A stretch of DNA of 62,961 bases, filler included, from Dugesia japonica (lineage: Eukaryota): assembly GCA_001938525.1 (NCBI GenBank). It is 6 parts of 6 records of this genome, joined end to end, with 100 filler letters (N's around TTAATTAATTAA, not from the genome) between each part and the next. Parts side by side here need not be neighbours in the genome. Positions count along the whole stretch, not along the records: positions 21,596 to 33,038 come from MQRL01640478.1; positions 33,139 to 43,767 come from MQRL01590284.1; 4 more parts are not named here. One strand, written 5' to 3'. Position numbers and translations under genes: made by a program. Position 1 is the first letter of the stretch. Every line of letters begins with the position of its first letter. Positions 24,308 through 38,751 of the stretch are shown piece by piece. A model generated the notes under the pieces. The model was given only the letters and a program-made list of their open reading frames with translations, was not told the DNA's origin and ran no database searches.

Positions 24308-24417
24308 GTTACTTGTTATAAGTCTTTTCGTTTTTATGATTTGTATTTTGTGTATTGAATTTTAAAAAATCTAAATTCATTGAAAAAAACAATTCAATTA
24401 AATTGTTTATAGTTAAA

Positions 24418-27400
24418 ATGGTTAGTAATCAGTTGATTTGTAAAAAGGTTTTTAAAAATAAATCAGGATTAGCAGATCATATTGGATCAAGATGTTGTCT
24501 TTTAGACAGAACAAGATTTAATTGTTCAAAATGTCTAAAAACGTTCAGAACTATGAGGGAATTGACCGAACATTTGAATTCTACTGATTGTGGAAATTTA
24601 AAGAAGGTTCCGTTGTTTTGTGAAGTTTGTTATGAAAAGTTTTCAAGACAAACTCATGCAAAAGCCCATTTTAATTCAAAATCACATAAAAAAATGGTCA
24701 ACAAAGTATTTTTTGAAGACTTACCTAGAGAAGAAGTAATTGATTTCAATCCAGAAATTTGAGACATCTTCAGAATGTACCAAAAAATCTATGAAATCGA
24801 ATATTTTAAAGAAAGTAAAGTTGAATTAACTATAAATGTTAAAAGTTTAGAAATACCAGTAAAAATGATTAATGAATTTCAGAAAGAAATCCAAGAAATT
24901 ATTACAAAGTATTTCAACTATGAAAAAAAGATTATTGTCCGAATCAGTGTAAATTGTAATTATAATAAAGATGTTAACGGTGAAGAAGACGAAAAAATTT
25001 TTAATTCGTATTCAAGTAATAAACAAATTACATTAACAAGTGAAATTAATGATAAAGTTAATAATATTTTAAATCACCTTCAAACATAAATTGAAGATGA
25101 AGATAGACGTTAATCAGGATGGAATCTAAATTATATAGTTGATCATAAAATTGAACTTTCAAAATATCAATCTATAGCTGGAGGGAAATCATCTTATCAA
25201 AAATTATCTTTTTCTAAACAAGGTGTCATTAATATTAAAAATAAAGATGAAAAATGTTTTTCCTATTGAATTTTAGCCCATAAACATTTATGTATTGATC
25301 CAACTAGAATAGAAAAATATATTCCTTATTTAGATGAATTAAATACTATTGGAATTAAATTCCCTGTTCATATTTGTTATGTAAAAAAATTGAAAAGTTA
25401 AATGAATGGAAAATAAATTTATTTGTTGTAACCGAGTTTAAACAACTTGAACCTTTGTATATTTCGCATTATGAAACTAAACCCAAACCAAAAGAAAATA
25501 AATGTAATTTATTAGTTTATAAAAAACAATTATATTTTATGCGGATATAAAAGTGTTTTATACAAAAAATAGAAATAAAAATCATTTGTGTATTAGATGT
25601 ATGAATTGTTATTATAGCAAAGACTTATTAATTAATCATCAAAAAGAATGTATTAATCATGAAATTAGTAATGTAGTTTTTTCTAAATATCAGAACTATT
25701 ATTACAAAAATAAAATACTTTTTTTAATTTATGGAGACTTTGAATGTTGGACTAATTCATCAACTAAAAAACAAAAACCACTTTCCATTGGTATTTATAT
25801 AGTAAGTAAATATCAAACTTTAATTCGAAATTAATACAAAGAATTTTATGGAGAAAACATTCATCAAGATTTCTTTGAATTTTTAAATGGACTTATTAAC
25901 AAATTAAAAGACAAAAGAAAATAAATTAATTGAAACTTATATTGGAACTAACCATCCAGAATTTACTAATCAAAATTGTAGATATTGTGATCAAGAAATG
26001 GGATTTGAAACTCCAGTAATTGATCACGATCATTCCAATGGTGAATTTAGAGGTTATTCACATTCTAAATGTAATTTACAAGATAAATCGATAAAAAATT
26101 TATTTATTTCTTTTTACTTTCACAATGCATATGGATATGATATTCATTTATTTTTTAAAGAAGTAATTATAAAATATACAAAAGAAGTTAGAAAAAAATT
26201 CCTCATAGTGATGAAGTTTACATTTCCTTTGAACTTGTAAAACCTAAAGAACCCTCAATTATATTTATAGATTCATTAAGAATGTGTACTCTTACTTCAA
26301 TTGAAAAAGTGGGAGAAACGTAAAATCAATCAGGAAAATATAATAATTTAAAATTTTTTAATTTAGCTCCGAAGAAAATTTCATTTCCTTTTGTATATGT
26401 AAAAGTAGAAAATATAAATGAAGTAATTGAATTATTAAAAAGAAACCATCCACCAACAGAACAAGATTTTTTCAATATATTAAGACAAAACAAAATAACT
26501 GATCATTAATACAATGAATTTTTACAAGATTTTATACAATTCAATAATCTTTGGGAATACATGTTACATTACATGAAAATAGATGTAATTATTTTAGCTG
26601 ATAAATTTGAAAATTTTAGAGAAACATGTTTAAATAATTATCAAATTGATCCAAATTATTGTTATTCAGCTCCGGGTCTAAATTGGAATGCAGGTGTGAA
26701 ATTTACTCAAGTAAAATTAAAATATGCTCAGAAAAAAACTTATGATAGATTTATTAAAATTGAAAGATGAGTTAGAGGTGGTTATTCTGGTGTTTGTGGA
26801 GAAAGACAAGTTTTTGGAAATAGTAAAAGAAATGATAAAAAAATAAATAATGCTCAATTAGATGATTTATTAAATATATTTACAAATCCTGAACAATATC
26901 TTCCAGATGATTATTTTGAAGAAACATTTTTAAATATTTAGATGAGAATTCTTTGTATGCTAGTTGTATGACAAAAGCATTACCAACTGGTGACATCTAT
27001 GAATGTAAGGATTTAAAATATATTAAATTAACAGATAAAATTAATTATGTTTATGAAGTTGATTTAGAATATCTAAAAAAGATTCATGAAAAGACTAAAT
27101 ACTTTCCATTAGCACCAGATCCTTTAAATATTACAAAAGAAATGTAAGCACCTTATCAATTATCTTTTGATAAAAAGTTGAGTAAGAAAAATATTAAATT
27201 AACATTGAATCAATTTCATAAACAAAATTATATTATTTTAGGATCAACATTCCATTTGTATATTTCTTTAGGAATGAAAATATTATAAATACATTCTAAA
27301 TATAAAATGACTACAAAACCTTAGTTAAAGGATTAGATTCAATTTAATATCAATCAGAGAAATGAAGCTAAAAGAACAAACGATGTTTTTGGTGATGTCT

Positions 27401-28200
27401 TCTTTAAATTATTAAATAATACTTTTTGCGGGAAAACATTAGAAAATATAAGAAACAGGTGTAATGTTGAAATAGTTGGAAATGATAAAAAGATTATCAG
27501 AAATTCACTTCAAAGATAAACTTTAAATCAAGTCAAATATTTTCTAGAGAAACAGATCCTCAAGAAGCTAAAACAGCGACTATTCATCTTTATAAAACTA
27601 AATTAAAATATAACAAGTTTCCATACATTGGATTTACTATTTTGGAATATGTAAATGAAGTAATTTACGACTTTATTTAAATGGATTTAAATATTCCTGG
27701 AAAATACAAAATTCATTTTTCAGATACTGATTCAATTTTTATAGAAAAAAAGGAAAAGAGAATTTAAGCAAAGTAACAAGTTTATTAGGTAATAATTTAT
27801 TCCAGATGAAAGTTGAAAAACCAAATTCAGAAATAACTAAATGTAATTTTATAAAAGCTTAAATTTATATAATTGAGGATTGTGGATCCAAAAATAATAA
27901 AAATATAGAAACCAAACATAAAGGTGTTTCTACAACTATTAAAATAGGAATGGAGTTTTAAGTAACCCTAAAGAAATTATTTATGGAACTAATTATAGTT
28001 TAAAATCGAAAAAACATGAAATAGAATTAACTGCTCAAAAGAAAATTGTATTAATAGGATATGATGATAAAAGATTAATCGAGGATAATGAAATAAGGAC
28101 TTGGTCCCATGGTAATAAATTTAAATGTGAAAATTGTAGTGAATGGCATTTGATATTAGATAAATTATTAGGGAAAAATTGTTTAATAAAGTGGTGACCA
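24418..28200 (+). pseudogene. Protein-primed DNA polymerase B (Polinton/adintovirus type) with N-terminal C2H2 fingers and an EndoVII-like insert; many stops and frameshifts
   Basis: C2H2 fingers 24418-24700; ExoI YGDFEC; DHDHSNGEFRGYSHSKCNL; ExoII FHNAYGYD; Pol A DENSLYASCM; Pol B FKLLNNTFCGKTLEN; Pol C SDTDS. Confidence 0.92.
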
Positions 28201-28929
28201 CGGTAACAATTAAAATTAAATTGTAATCTGGGGATGGGACCTTTTGGGATTTTAAAGGGTAAAAATGAGGAATTCAAAATAGAAATAGGATGGGACCTTT
28301 TCTTGCTTATTAATTATAAAACCTTTGCCCGCGGGCACATTTTTCAACTTGGTAAAATGGCTACTAGAGAAAACATAAGTGTGATCATTAAAGATGTAAA
28401 AAACTATAGAGTTTATGAATTATTTAAAACAAGAGTATACCAAATTTATTAACTTTACATTAAAAGAACAAAGTGTAGTTTTAAATGGAAATTTACCCAA
28501 AGTTTGGATTATATAAAAAAGCAATTAGTTTAGCTGATAATATAATTAATAAATTACAAAGTGAATTATAAAATACCAAGTGCCAAAATGAAACGCTTAA
28601 AAGAAATATCGAAAATAATAATATTAAAAATAAACAAATAAAAGATACAATGAGAAAAATAAATAAACAAAACAAACACTTCAATAAATTATTAAATAAA
28701 ATGACTAGTGAAATAAATGTAAAAAGAAATGTATAACTTTGTAAAAAATTATATTAACTTAAATAAAATATTTGAACAACAAAACATTTAATTATATTTT
28801 CAATTATTATCATTTGTATAATTGTTTGTTTAATTCCAATTGTAATCCCATATATAATTGTTTATGTAATTGAAAATTTAATCTCAAATATAATTCCATT
28901 TATAAATTCTTATTTTTTTACTAAAGAAA

Positions 28930-29361
28930 ATGGAAAGTAGAAAAGATTTCAATGTTAATGGTAATGATTCAATTAATTGTGCAAATTCATTTGTTTCAAC
29001 ATTATTTATTAAATCTCAGAAAATTTATTTAGCAGAAAAATATCATGAATTATGTTTTAAAAAACCAAATTTTAAAGATTCAGACATTGCTAAAGAAATT
29101 GGAATTACAATTCAAGCTTTAAATAAAACTTTAAGGGAATTGAATTTAAAACCAAAAGTAAAAATATATCCAAGGGTAAAATATTTATTCAATGAACAAA
29201 CAAATAAATTTATGAAAAATAATTATAGAGTTCATGTTTTTAATATTAAAACTAATACATTTGAATTGATAGAAGTTTTACCCAAATATACTTTAACTGA
29301 TAAAAGAAATAATTTTATGTCAACAAAATTAAAAAGTAATTCAATTTCAAATTTAAAATAA
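28930..29361 (+). CDS. Polinton-associated HTH-like protein
   Basis: DSDIAKEIGITIQALNKTLRELNL; clear homolog at 50165-50680. Confidence 0.6.
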   Translation: MESRKDFNVNGNDSINCANSFVSTLFIKSQKIYLAEKYHELCFKKPNFKDSDIAKEIGITIQALNKTLRELNLKPKVKIYPRVKYLFNEQTNKFMKNNYRVHVFNIKTNTFELIEVLPKYTLTDKRNNFMSTKLKSNSISNLK

Positions 29362-32300
29362 TTTTAAAAATAAGAAATCAAGAAAAAATCGAAATGAAAC
29401 TGGTGGAGTGATGTTTGAATATATTATAAATGATGCAGATAGAAATTTAAAAAACCTCGTTTTTCCTTAAAAACTATACCTACAGGAACAATTAAAACTT
29501 CTTTTTTCTGCTTGTTGACATTATAATATTAAAGTTGTGACTGCGGTAACCGGTTTATAAATTTGTTTTAATTTTAATTTTAAAAATTCAAAAGTGTTTA
29601 TTGCAGTAAAAATTAAAGCGTCCTTAATATTTATCATTCTTATTATATATTCTATTCCAGAAGATATGTAAATGTATATCGCTTTAAATTTTAGTTAATT
29701 TATTAAATAAAGCAAAATATAAACCATTCTATTTGGAAAAACCCCTTTACACTAATTTTTCTATTAAAACATTAAAACTAATTCGACTTAATCAAACAAA
29801 AGTCATCTTTATTCACGCAAAATATAAACCAATTTCAACATAATATCAATTTATAAAAAACATTAGTTGAATTATTATTCTTATTTAATTTTTCCAAAAA
29901 ATGAAGCAGATTAGATAAATTTTATTTACATTTTGTCTTGTAACAAACCTCAAAACCAATTATCAAACTTTTAAGCTAAATTATTACATTTTTTATCAAA
30001 AACATTTAAATCCCTTCAATTTAATATTAATCTAAATTAATTCTCTTAACTCTACTTCACCTCCATTATCTTCTCTTCATCTTCTTATGACTCTTTAATT
30101 GGCTATTTTAACTCTTTAATTGACTCTTTACCTCTTTTGTTAACATCTTTACCTCTCCTTCTTTTTAAAAAACTCATTTAATCAATTCCTAAATACTTAA
30201 AATATCTGCCAGATGTGCTGTGGACTTCATTTATCAAAGCTCTGCTCACTGTTTACTAGTTTTCAGTAATTAATACTCTTCCAATTGTTTACTGATATTT
30301 AATTATCGTTGTTCACATGTTTTCACTCTTTACTGGTTTTCTGACTCTTTGAAAGTCTCGCTTTTCATTGGTGTTAAAGGTACTGTTTGATTAATAGTTA
30401 AGTTTCAACCTGACTATTAGAATAAACGATACACAGATTAATCTATTAACTGAATAATCAATAGGTAAATTATGATAACGAGTATTGTGCACGGTAATAC
30501 TTGATGATAGTGAGTATTGTCTATGTTAAGACTTAATGATAGTGGATATTATACTAAGTGTGATTGATAGGTGAATAATGTACAATAAATGGATTTAACG
30601 TGTATTTTCGAAGATTTCATTATATTACGGTAAAATACGTGAATGATTAACTGGACTATTTGGTTAGATTAATAGTATAATCAAAATACAATTGAGTGAA
30701 CCATTGGTAAATTGTAAATAATCACTTGTCAGTATTAGAGACATTTTTTCAGAAAAGTTTATGTAAAATTTAACTATCTTTAAAATGTTTGTAAATTTTC
30801 AATGATTTTTAAAAAATTATAGTAAATTTTAGAATTGTTTTCCCATTCTTTTACATAGGATTTTTTGATTTTTGGATAGGTTCTTGAAAATTCTACCAGT
30901 TTTAGAAAGGTTCATATAGATTTTGACTAGTTTTCTTAAAAAGTTGTAGTAAATTTAAAAAAAAGTTTAAATATAATTAAAAAGATCATGTAAATTTCAG
31001 ATAAAATTATTTGAATTCAACTAAATTTGATAAAACTATCACACTCTTTTTTGTCATCATTGACAAAACATTCCTCACATTCTTGTTCTTACCTATAATT
31101 TTTTCTAACTTAAAGTAATGAATCATACTGAAGAATTAAGTAAAACCTAACTTTGATAAGAAATAATTGAAGAAATATTATTTATTTGTCAATGTATTGG
31201 TTGAATACATATGGTTTAATAAGTCTTTTATTCAATGATAAAACTATAAGACTATAAAACTATATGTATTATAAGACGCATATTTTTATGATAAATCCCA
31301 TATTTTCATGATAAAAAGTAGAGAGATAGTAGCGCACAAGCACAATTTGCTACGATTTTTGTGCTTGTTTTCATTCGAAGATTTTTGGGATCAAAATTAT
31401 TTTAATCGGATCATCATTCTTTGATCCTGAAAGTGTGTGTGTGTTTTTGATTTTTAAAATATGTGTGTGTTTAGAAAAATGTGTGTTAATTTAAAGTAGG
31501 TCAAATTGAGTTTGTGTGCCTATCGGTGTGTGTGTTTGAAAGAGTGTAAATGGACTCGAGGGAGGTCTGGAGATCTTGGAAATAATATTTTGGTAGTTTT
31601 ATGATATAGTTGTGGTTAGATAAAAAGTCTGTCTATATATTGTCTAAAACACTTATGTGGTAGGACGGATGGTTTGTTATAGAAGTGTGGTAGCGCACAA
31701 GCACAGTTGTATCGTGGTGTCATTTTTGTGAGGGTGTAAGTTTATAGAGGCTTGTTATATTTTGGTGGTTGATAAATTGTTGGAAAAGTAATAATAGGGC
31801 GGATGTTGAATGTCAATTGTGCTTTAATTTCTGATTGGTTGTGGTCAAATTTAATTTGTTGATGTTTGTACGTAGAATAAGTGTGTTAAAAAAAATTTAG
31901 GACGGGGAAATGGTATGGGTGGAAAGATTTTATTAGATTTATTTGAAATTTTTTTGCTGGGTTGGTGTGACGAAATAATTTCTTGAAAATTTAATTTTCC
32001 GTAAAATGCTGTATTTTGCTTAATTTGATGAATCCAATAAAAATAATGGTATGTTTGTAAAATAGATGTATTTTTGAGTATTTTTGTTGTATTTTTGTAT
32101 GGGAAGAAATGTGTTTTGCATTTTTTGAAGAGGAAGAGGTCTTGATATATTTGGAGGGAAAATTTGTTTTGACGGGAAAATTAAAAAATTATTTTTTGGT
32201 GGGAAATTTAAAAATATATTTTTGAGCAGATATTTTGAGCATATTTTTTATTTTACATGGGATGGATAAGTCTTGATATTTTACATGGTTTGGGACAGTT

Positions 32301-32691
32301 TTTTTCTTTGCATGGTATGTGGCAGTCTGGATATTTTGCAGTAAATGGGTCAGTCTTGATATTTTTGTTAGTGATTGAAGCAGTCTAAAATGCCAAGGCA
32401 CGTAATTTTTAGTGTATGTGTGTTGTATTAGTGTTTCATCTGAGTCGCATACCTATTGCATACCTATTGCATACAAAGTGCATTTAATGATAAGTGTATT
32501 TAAGTGCATTTTCAATAAGAAATTTAGTTTATTTTACTAATTAAAAATCTTTTTAATTTACGATTTATAAAAAATAAATAGGAAAACAATTATTCAGTAA
32601 AATATATATTATATTAACATTAGTGTTTGTTGTTTTTAATCATCTGCAGAATATTTTTTTTCATGATTTCATAATTGGTCTTGTTTTCTTT

Positions 32692-33038
32692 TCAATGAAA
32701 ATCCAATTCTATTTCCATGATGATTTCATACATAATAAGCTCTATGTCCATTTCTATTGTTCTCGAGATATGATCAAAATAATCGTTTGTGGACAACAGC
32801 ATATATTTATTAAGAAATTCTGGAAACATTTCATTAAATATCTGCTTTGCTATTAAACTCTTACCATACAAATACTGCTTTGTTTCTTCTTCTTTTTTCA
32901 ATCTAATCATATCATCATCATCAACAACATCATGGTATGTGTTTTCCATTTTTTCATCTTCATGTATTTGTTCAACTTGAACAGTCTTTTTTTCTTGGTT
33001 AATGACATTTTCATTTTCAAGATTTCTTTCTCTGTGGT
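32692..33038 (-). CDS. Acidic hypothetical ORF, open at the contig edge
   Basis: Open frame from the contig edge to the stop at 32692; no recognisable motif. Confidence 0.25.
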
Positions 33039-33138
33039 NNNNNNNNNNNNNNNNNNNNNNNNNNNNNNNNNNNNNNNNNNNNTTAATTAATTAANNNNNN
33101 NNNNNNNNNNNNNNNNNNNNNNNNNNNNNNNNNNNNNN
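33039..33138. other. Artificial contig-joining linker
   Basis: N44-TTAATTAATTAA-N44. Confidence 0.97.
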
Positions 33139-33164
33139 ATTATTATTGATAATATTTTCATCAG

Positions 33165-36100
33165 TTTGCAATGTCATTTGTATTCAATCCTCACAAATGG
33201 ATGCTTGTCAACTTTGATTGCTGTGCTGTCTGGTAAGATTTATAATTTAACTTAGAAAATGTTAATTCATTTATAATCATTAACACTGTAAGTATGGTTC
33301 GAGACAATTAAATTGTTTGATAGTTAGACAGAAATTAGTTTAACTAAATAATTTACTTAACATCATACAAAAAAGTTAGAAAATTTAAACATTTCAATAT
33401 TTCAAAATTATTAAAATGAAGAAAAAGCTTCGATCAAAATAAAATCTATTTGTAAAGAAATTCAAAAATAATTTCTTTACAAATAGATTTTATTTTGATC
33501 GATGCTTTTTCTTTATTTTAATGAAATCTCAAATGCGATCAATATTTAAGTCCAACAATTATTCTCACAATAATTGCAATTATAAAATTTAAAAATTATG
33601 TATTAATAATTAATTTTTAATTAATGGCTTAGTTCAATAAAATAATTTTAAAATGTAAAGTTTAGAATAATTTTCAAATAAATGTTGAAGTAAATAATAA
33701 TTTGATGTAATTTTTAAAAATAGTTTAATCGGAATTTAATTTTTATAAAAATCTTCTTCAATGAAATTTCTCTGAAATTTAATGAAAAATTTGGATTATT
33801 TATAAAACTTTATAAAAAAGATAATTTTCTAAAATTTAATTTTTTTTGATTATTAAATAATTTTTTAATTAGCTTCGGTCAGAATTAAATAAAAATGTTT
33901 AGGTTGTTTTTAAATTTGATTAAAAAGACAAATTTACAGTTTCTTGTTTTTGTTTAAATATTCGAATATTCTAATGAATATTTAAACAAAACCTTCAAAC
34001 AAAGTAACAGTGATTTAAATATTTTAAAAAATCTTACCAAAAAACCAATTAAAATTTGTAAATTTGATAAGGGTAATGGTCTTGCAATTTTGAATGATTA
34101 TATAAATAAAAGAGAAGATGTTTTGTAAGTACCGTAATTTTGTAAAATTAATAAATTTAATAAAAATGGTAAACTGCCACCAATCAAAGACAAAGAATGT
34201 TTGAATGGTTTATTAGGAAATTAAACAGTGATTAACTTCTTGATTAGGAATTGTATAAGGTACTTAAGATGGATTGTTCACAGCCAGATAACCTGTATGG
34301 TCTTCCTAAACTCCATAAGAGCAATGTTCCTATTAGACCTGTGCTATCTATGATTGATAAAGCTCAGTATAATACTGCTAAGTATTTAGATAAGAAAATG
34401 AAACATTTGATTGACTCCAAATATGAATGCAAGGATAACTTTGTTTTCTTTAATTTTATTTCTTATTCTGAAGTTGTTAGTAGTACTGAATGTATGATGT
34501 CTTTGATATTGTTAGTTTTTTTAAAAATGTTCCATTAGATGAAACTTTTAATCTTTGTTGTGAATTTTGGGAGAAAAAGTTTTTTGAACCTAATTTGTTA
34601 ACTGTGACTGCCTGAAGTAAATTTTTGAGCTTTGCTATGTCTAATACACATTTTTTGTTTAATTATGAATAATACATACAAGTTGATGGAGTTTCTATGG
34701 CTTCACCTCGTGCTCTTACTTTAGCTTCTTTGTTTTTGTCGAATATGGATGAAAAGATTGACTTGTTTATTGGAAATAAACCACTAATGTATAAACACTA
34801 TATGAACTATATATTTCTGGTTTTTAATAACCAAGTAGATATTAATCCGTTCTAAATTATAATAATTCATTGCATAGCAAAATTAAATTCACTACAGAAA
34901 TGGAATGTAAATCTAAACTTTCTTTTAATGACTTATTAATAGATAGAAAGTACATTCATTATTACAAACCAATGGATACAGGCTTGTATACATCTCCTGT
35001 TGGTTTTTGCGAATCTCGTTACAAGTAAAACATGATTAAAGGACGTTTGTATAGATCGTATAGAATGAAGTCTTGTGCTAATATTCAAAAATTAACTTTT
35101 TTGTTAAATAAAAATGGTTATTGTAAATCAATTGCGGAGAAATTAAATCAGGAAACAGTTGATAAGATCGTTTATAAAAATAATAATGAAATTAAAGATG
35201 TCAATAATAATGATAACAATAATTAAGATTGTGAAAATATTATCAAAGACCCAAATAATATAGATAAGTTTAATTACGTATTAACTATTCCGCATTCAGA
35301 AGGATTTAAACAATTTAAGAGTGAATTGTTATTAAAATATAGAAATGACTCTTTGAATTTTAAAATTGTTTTGAAATCTTATTAAATCATCAATACGTTT
35401 AGCAATAAATCTAAAACACCAATTCAATTGTGTTCTGATCTTGTTTATATATATGAATGTAATGGGTGTAATACCACATACATTGGAGAGGGTATCAGGA
35501 AAATATCCCCCTGGACAATTCCCCGGAAAAAATAATGTTTTATGAGATTAAAACCGAAAAAAATTTTTTTAAAGCAAAACTTACAAGTAAACTATTTAAG
35601 AAAATAAATTTAAAACAAAAAGATTTTGACAAGTTTTATTTTAATTAATAATATTTAAATATTTAATTAATAATATTTAATTTTTTTGGGTTTTAATATC
35701 ATAAATAATTATTTGAAAAAATTATTACTTGGAATTGAAAAGAAAAAAATATTTCACTTTCAAATTTTGTGCAAAAACTATAAAGATTATTGGGAGAGAG
35801 TCAGTCATGTGTGAAGCATTGATGATTAGATTAATTGATACAAAAATTAATGTTCAAACTGCTCTTTTTAAATCTTAATTGAATGTTTTTAATTAATTTG
35901 ATTTATTGAAGAGATTGCATAATTGTTTAAATAATCAGAATTTTTTCTGTATAATAATTTTTTAAAAAATTGAAAAAAAGAAATAAATATTGTTTCAATA
36001 ATGAATTTTCAAAAAAAAACGAATTAATTTATTGTATATAAAGATGAGATGTAATACAAAAATATTTATTTAAATGACGTTTTAAAGTTTTTATTAAAAA

Positions 36101-36217
36101 ATAGCTATTTTTCTTTGATTATNNNNNNNNNNNNNNNNNNNNNNNNNNNNNNNNNNNNNNNNNNNNNNNNNNNNNNNNNNNNNNNNNNNNNNNNNNNNNN
36201 NNNNNNNNNNNNNNNNN

Positions 36218-36263
<46 letters not shown>

Positions 36264-38751
36264 TATAATCATCATCATCATTAAAAAAAGTTTAGTAATT
36301 ATAACAATTTTGAGAATTCCATACAAACATGGTGTTCTGCGTGGAACAAACCATCAAATGCTATTTAAAATATCATTTGTCTTTTTGGTAATATCTGATT
36401 TTTCTTCTACACTTTGTTTGGAATAATTGTTTTGCCAAATATCTTTTTTTTTAATTAATTTTAAAATTTACGTCATTTGAAAGAAGGTAGAGCACCAATA
36501 ATGTGAAAATACCAAATTTTAGCAGAATGTGTGATGTTGGAATTGGTACATTCTTGATTAATTTATTTGCTCAGTATTTCCTTATACCAATTTTTAACAG
36601 AGTTTTATTTATTTCCTCTGAAATTGATACGAGAGATTCAAATATACACGTGAATATTTCAGCATAATAATGAGTTATTGCTGCTTGTATCTTATTTTTA
36701 AAATTCTCATATTTAATCAAGTTGCTTTCATTAACACATTCGCTGCCACACACAATTTTATATTTTTACCTGCAACCAACATCGAATATAAATATTAATT
36801 TTTGAAATAAATATCAGATTTATCTAAAATAAAAGCTTCGATCAAAATTTCTGTTTTTTTTTTGGTTTTTTATAATAATTTTATATTTTAACTTTGTCTT
36901 CTTCAGGAATTGATTTTTTTTAATTCAATTCCTGAAGAAGACAAAGTTAAAATATAAAATTATTATCAAAAACCAAAAAACAACAAAAATTTTGATCGAA
37001 GCTTTTATTGTAAATGAATTCTTTAAAACGATCAATGGTTTTGCCAACAATTATTGCAATTGTAAAAATATCAAATATTTTTAACTAACAGTCTCATATA
37101 TGACTACAAAAATAATAATCTTTTTACGAGTTATCTCGTAGTTGGCAGAGAACGTGGTAATCAATTGAAAATTCTTTTCCAAATCTAATAGACATTTGAT
37201 ATCTTATAGGAGGATTGCTTTTTCATCGTTTGTATTACTCAAGTCTATATGTTCTTTAGAGTTATTGAAAAATAAGTAAGCTTAGTAATTTCAATGATCA
37301 AGTTTGGAGATTTGAGGTAATATACAAAGGTTTTTAGACATGCATTATGTCTTTCAGTTGTTAAACTTTGATTAAATTTAAAACTTTGAAGAACATGAGA
37401 CACAGTTTCCTCTGCATCAAGACGACTGATAAATGATAAATGAACGAGCAAATATATTCAAGTTATTTAAACGAGCCTCGTGAATAAAGTTCAATTAAAA
37501 TTCATTAAGTTTGCCTTTATATATAAATTTGTAGATAATTGTAATATTGTCAATAATATTAGCGAGTTCTTATCAAAATGTTGCTTTCAGAAGATTTATA
37601 CCCGGTAAATTGTTTATTATACGTAATGTCATTTCTTGATCAATTATTTCAAATGATATCGAAGTATTGTAAATTTTCCTCAAATATTCCAGAGCATTTC
37701 TCAGACGTTAAAATTTAGTCTTTTTTGATTTTGAGTTGGAATTTGTTTGCACATCATTAATCGGTTGGAAGCATTCTTACATTATTGGATTAGACTTGTT
37801 AATATCAGTACTTACTACAAAACAGAGTGAATCTTACTTTATTTTTCTAGTGTATTAAAATATCGAAGTTACAAGTCTGAAATATTGAATCATGTTTTGA
37901 ATGTGATATTCATCAAGCGTGTCAGTACAGGCTTTCCACCATTTTATGTAGAATTATAGAAGTAAAATGTTTCTGACTGATAAGGAAGGTAAAATATCTA
38001 TCTAATAACATTGTGCAATAATCAAGCATAAATATTACAAGAATAATAAATTATTTATTTCATTTTAGAACAACTTCAAAATTATTTCATTATTTGCAGG
38101 TTCAAAGAAGCCAAATTTGTTGTTGAAACTTTCACAGTTGATCCGGCCTATTTGAAACATAAACACGAAGGTAAATGTCCTGATTTCCGAGTATGTTTTG
38201 CAGAATTTACTAATTCATTCTAAATGTTTGTTAGCATTGGCATATACAACTTGGTCGAAGATTTCGATCCTTGAAAATCTGGTTTGTGTTGCGTTTATAT
38301 GGAGTCAAGGGTATCCAAAAATATATTCGAAATGTAAATTATTAACATTATTGAAGAATCTTTAACTGATATCTTTAATAATAGCACATAGAGTTGGCGC
38401 ATTTGTTTGAAAGATTAATTTCCAGAGATGATCGGTTTGAAATTGTTGAAGAAGTCACGATGGGATTGGTTTGTTTTCNNTTGAAGGTAAAATACTTGAC
38501 TTTTTAACAAATAATGCATGTAATGTTTCTAGGGTAACAATGAGATTAATAATGATCTTTACAAGAGAATTGAAGCTGATGGTCGAATTCACTTAGTAAC
38601 ATCGGTATTCTGTGACACTGATATTGTTTATCTGAGATTCGCAGTGTGCTATCAATTCGCTACAAAAGATCACGTTAAATTTGCTTATGATACGATCATT
38701 GATGTAACAGATAAAATGAACTTGTCTATTAGCGCTCAATCAAAGAAATAG
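33165..38751 (+). CDS. ddc: Aromatic-L-amino-acid (DOPA) decarboxylase-like, 3' exons 33165-33232, 38100-38190, 38235-38333, 38385-38486, 38533-38751
   Basis: [23 protein letters not shown] (PLP lysine), [51 protein letters not shown]. All junctions are GT-AG and frame-consistent. Other group II decarboxylase paralogs are not fully excluded. Confidence 0.9.
33415..33525. repeat. Inverted repeat of the pLTR tail (no hammerhead core)
   Basis: AAAAGCTTCGATCAAAATAAAATCTATTTGTAAAGAAATT / AATTTCTTTACAAATAGATTTTATTTTGATCGATGCTTTT. Confidence 0.75.
33980..35880 (+). mobile_element. Penelope-like retroelement remnant (RT + GIY-YIG) in the ddc intron
   Basis: [56 protein letters not shown] and EALMIRL; interrupted after YIGE at 35491. 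Confidence 0.88.
36218..36263. repeat. (AAT)n microsatellite
   Basis: Direct reading. Confidence 0.95.
36300..37800 (-). mobile_element. Very decayed Gypsy-type pol remnant (RT/RNaseH/integrase)
   Basis: Minus-strand vestiges [23 protein letters not shown] and YGIL in pol order; weak. Confidence 0.35.
36815..37075. repeat. Divergent inverted pair of Penelope pLTRs with mutated hammerheads
   Basis: TCAATTCCTGAAGAAGACAAAGTTAAAATATAAAATT on both strands around 36915-36925. Confidence 0.8.
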
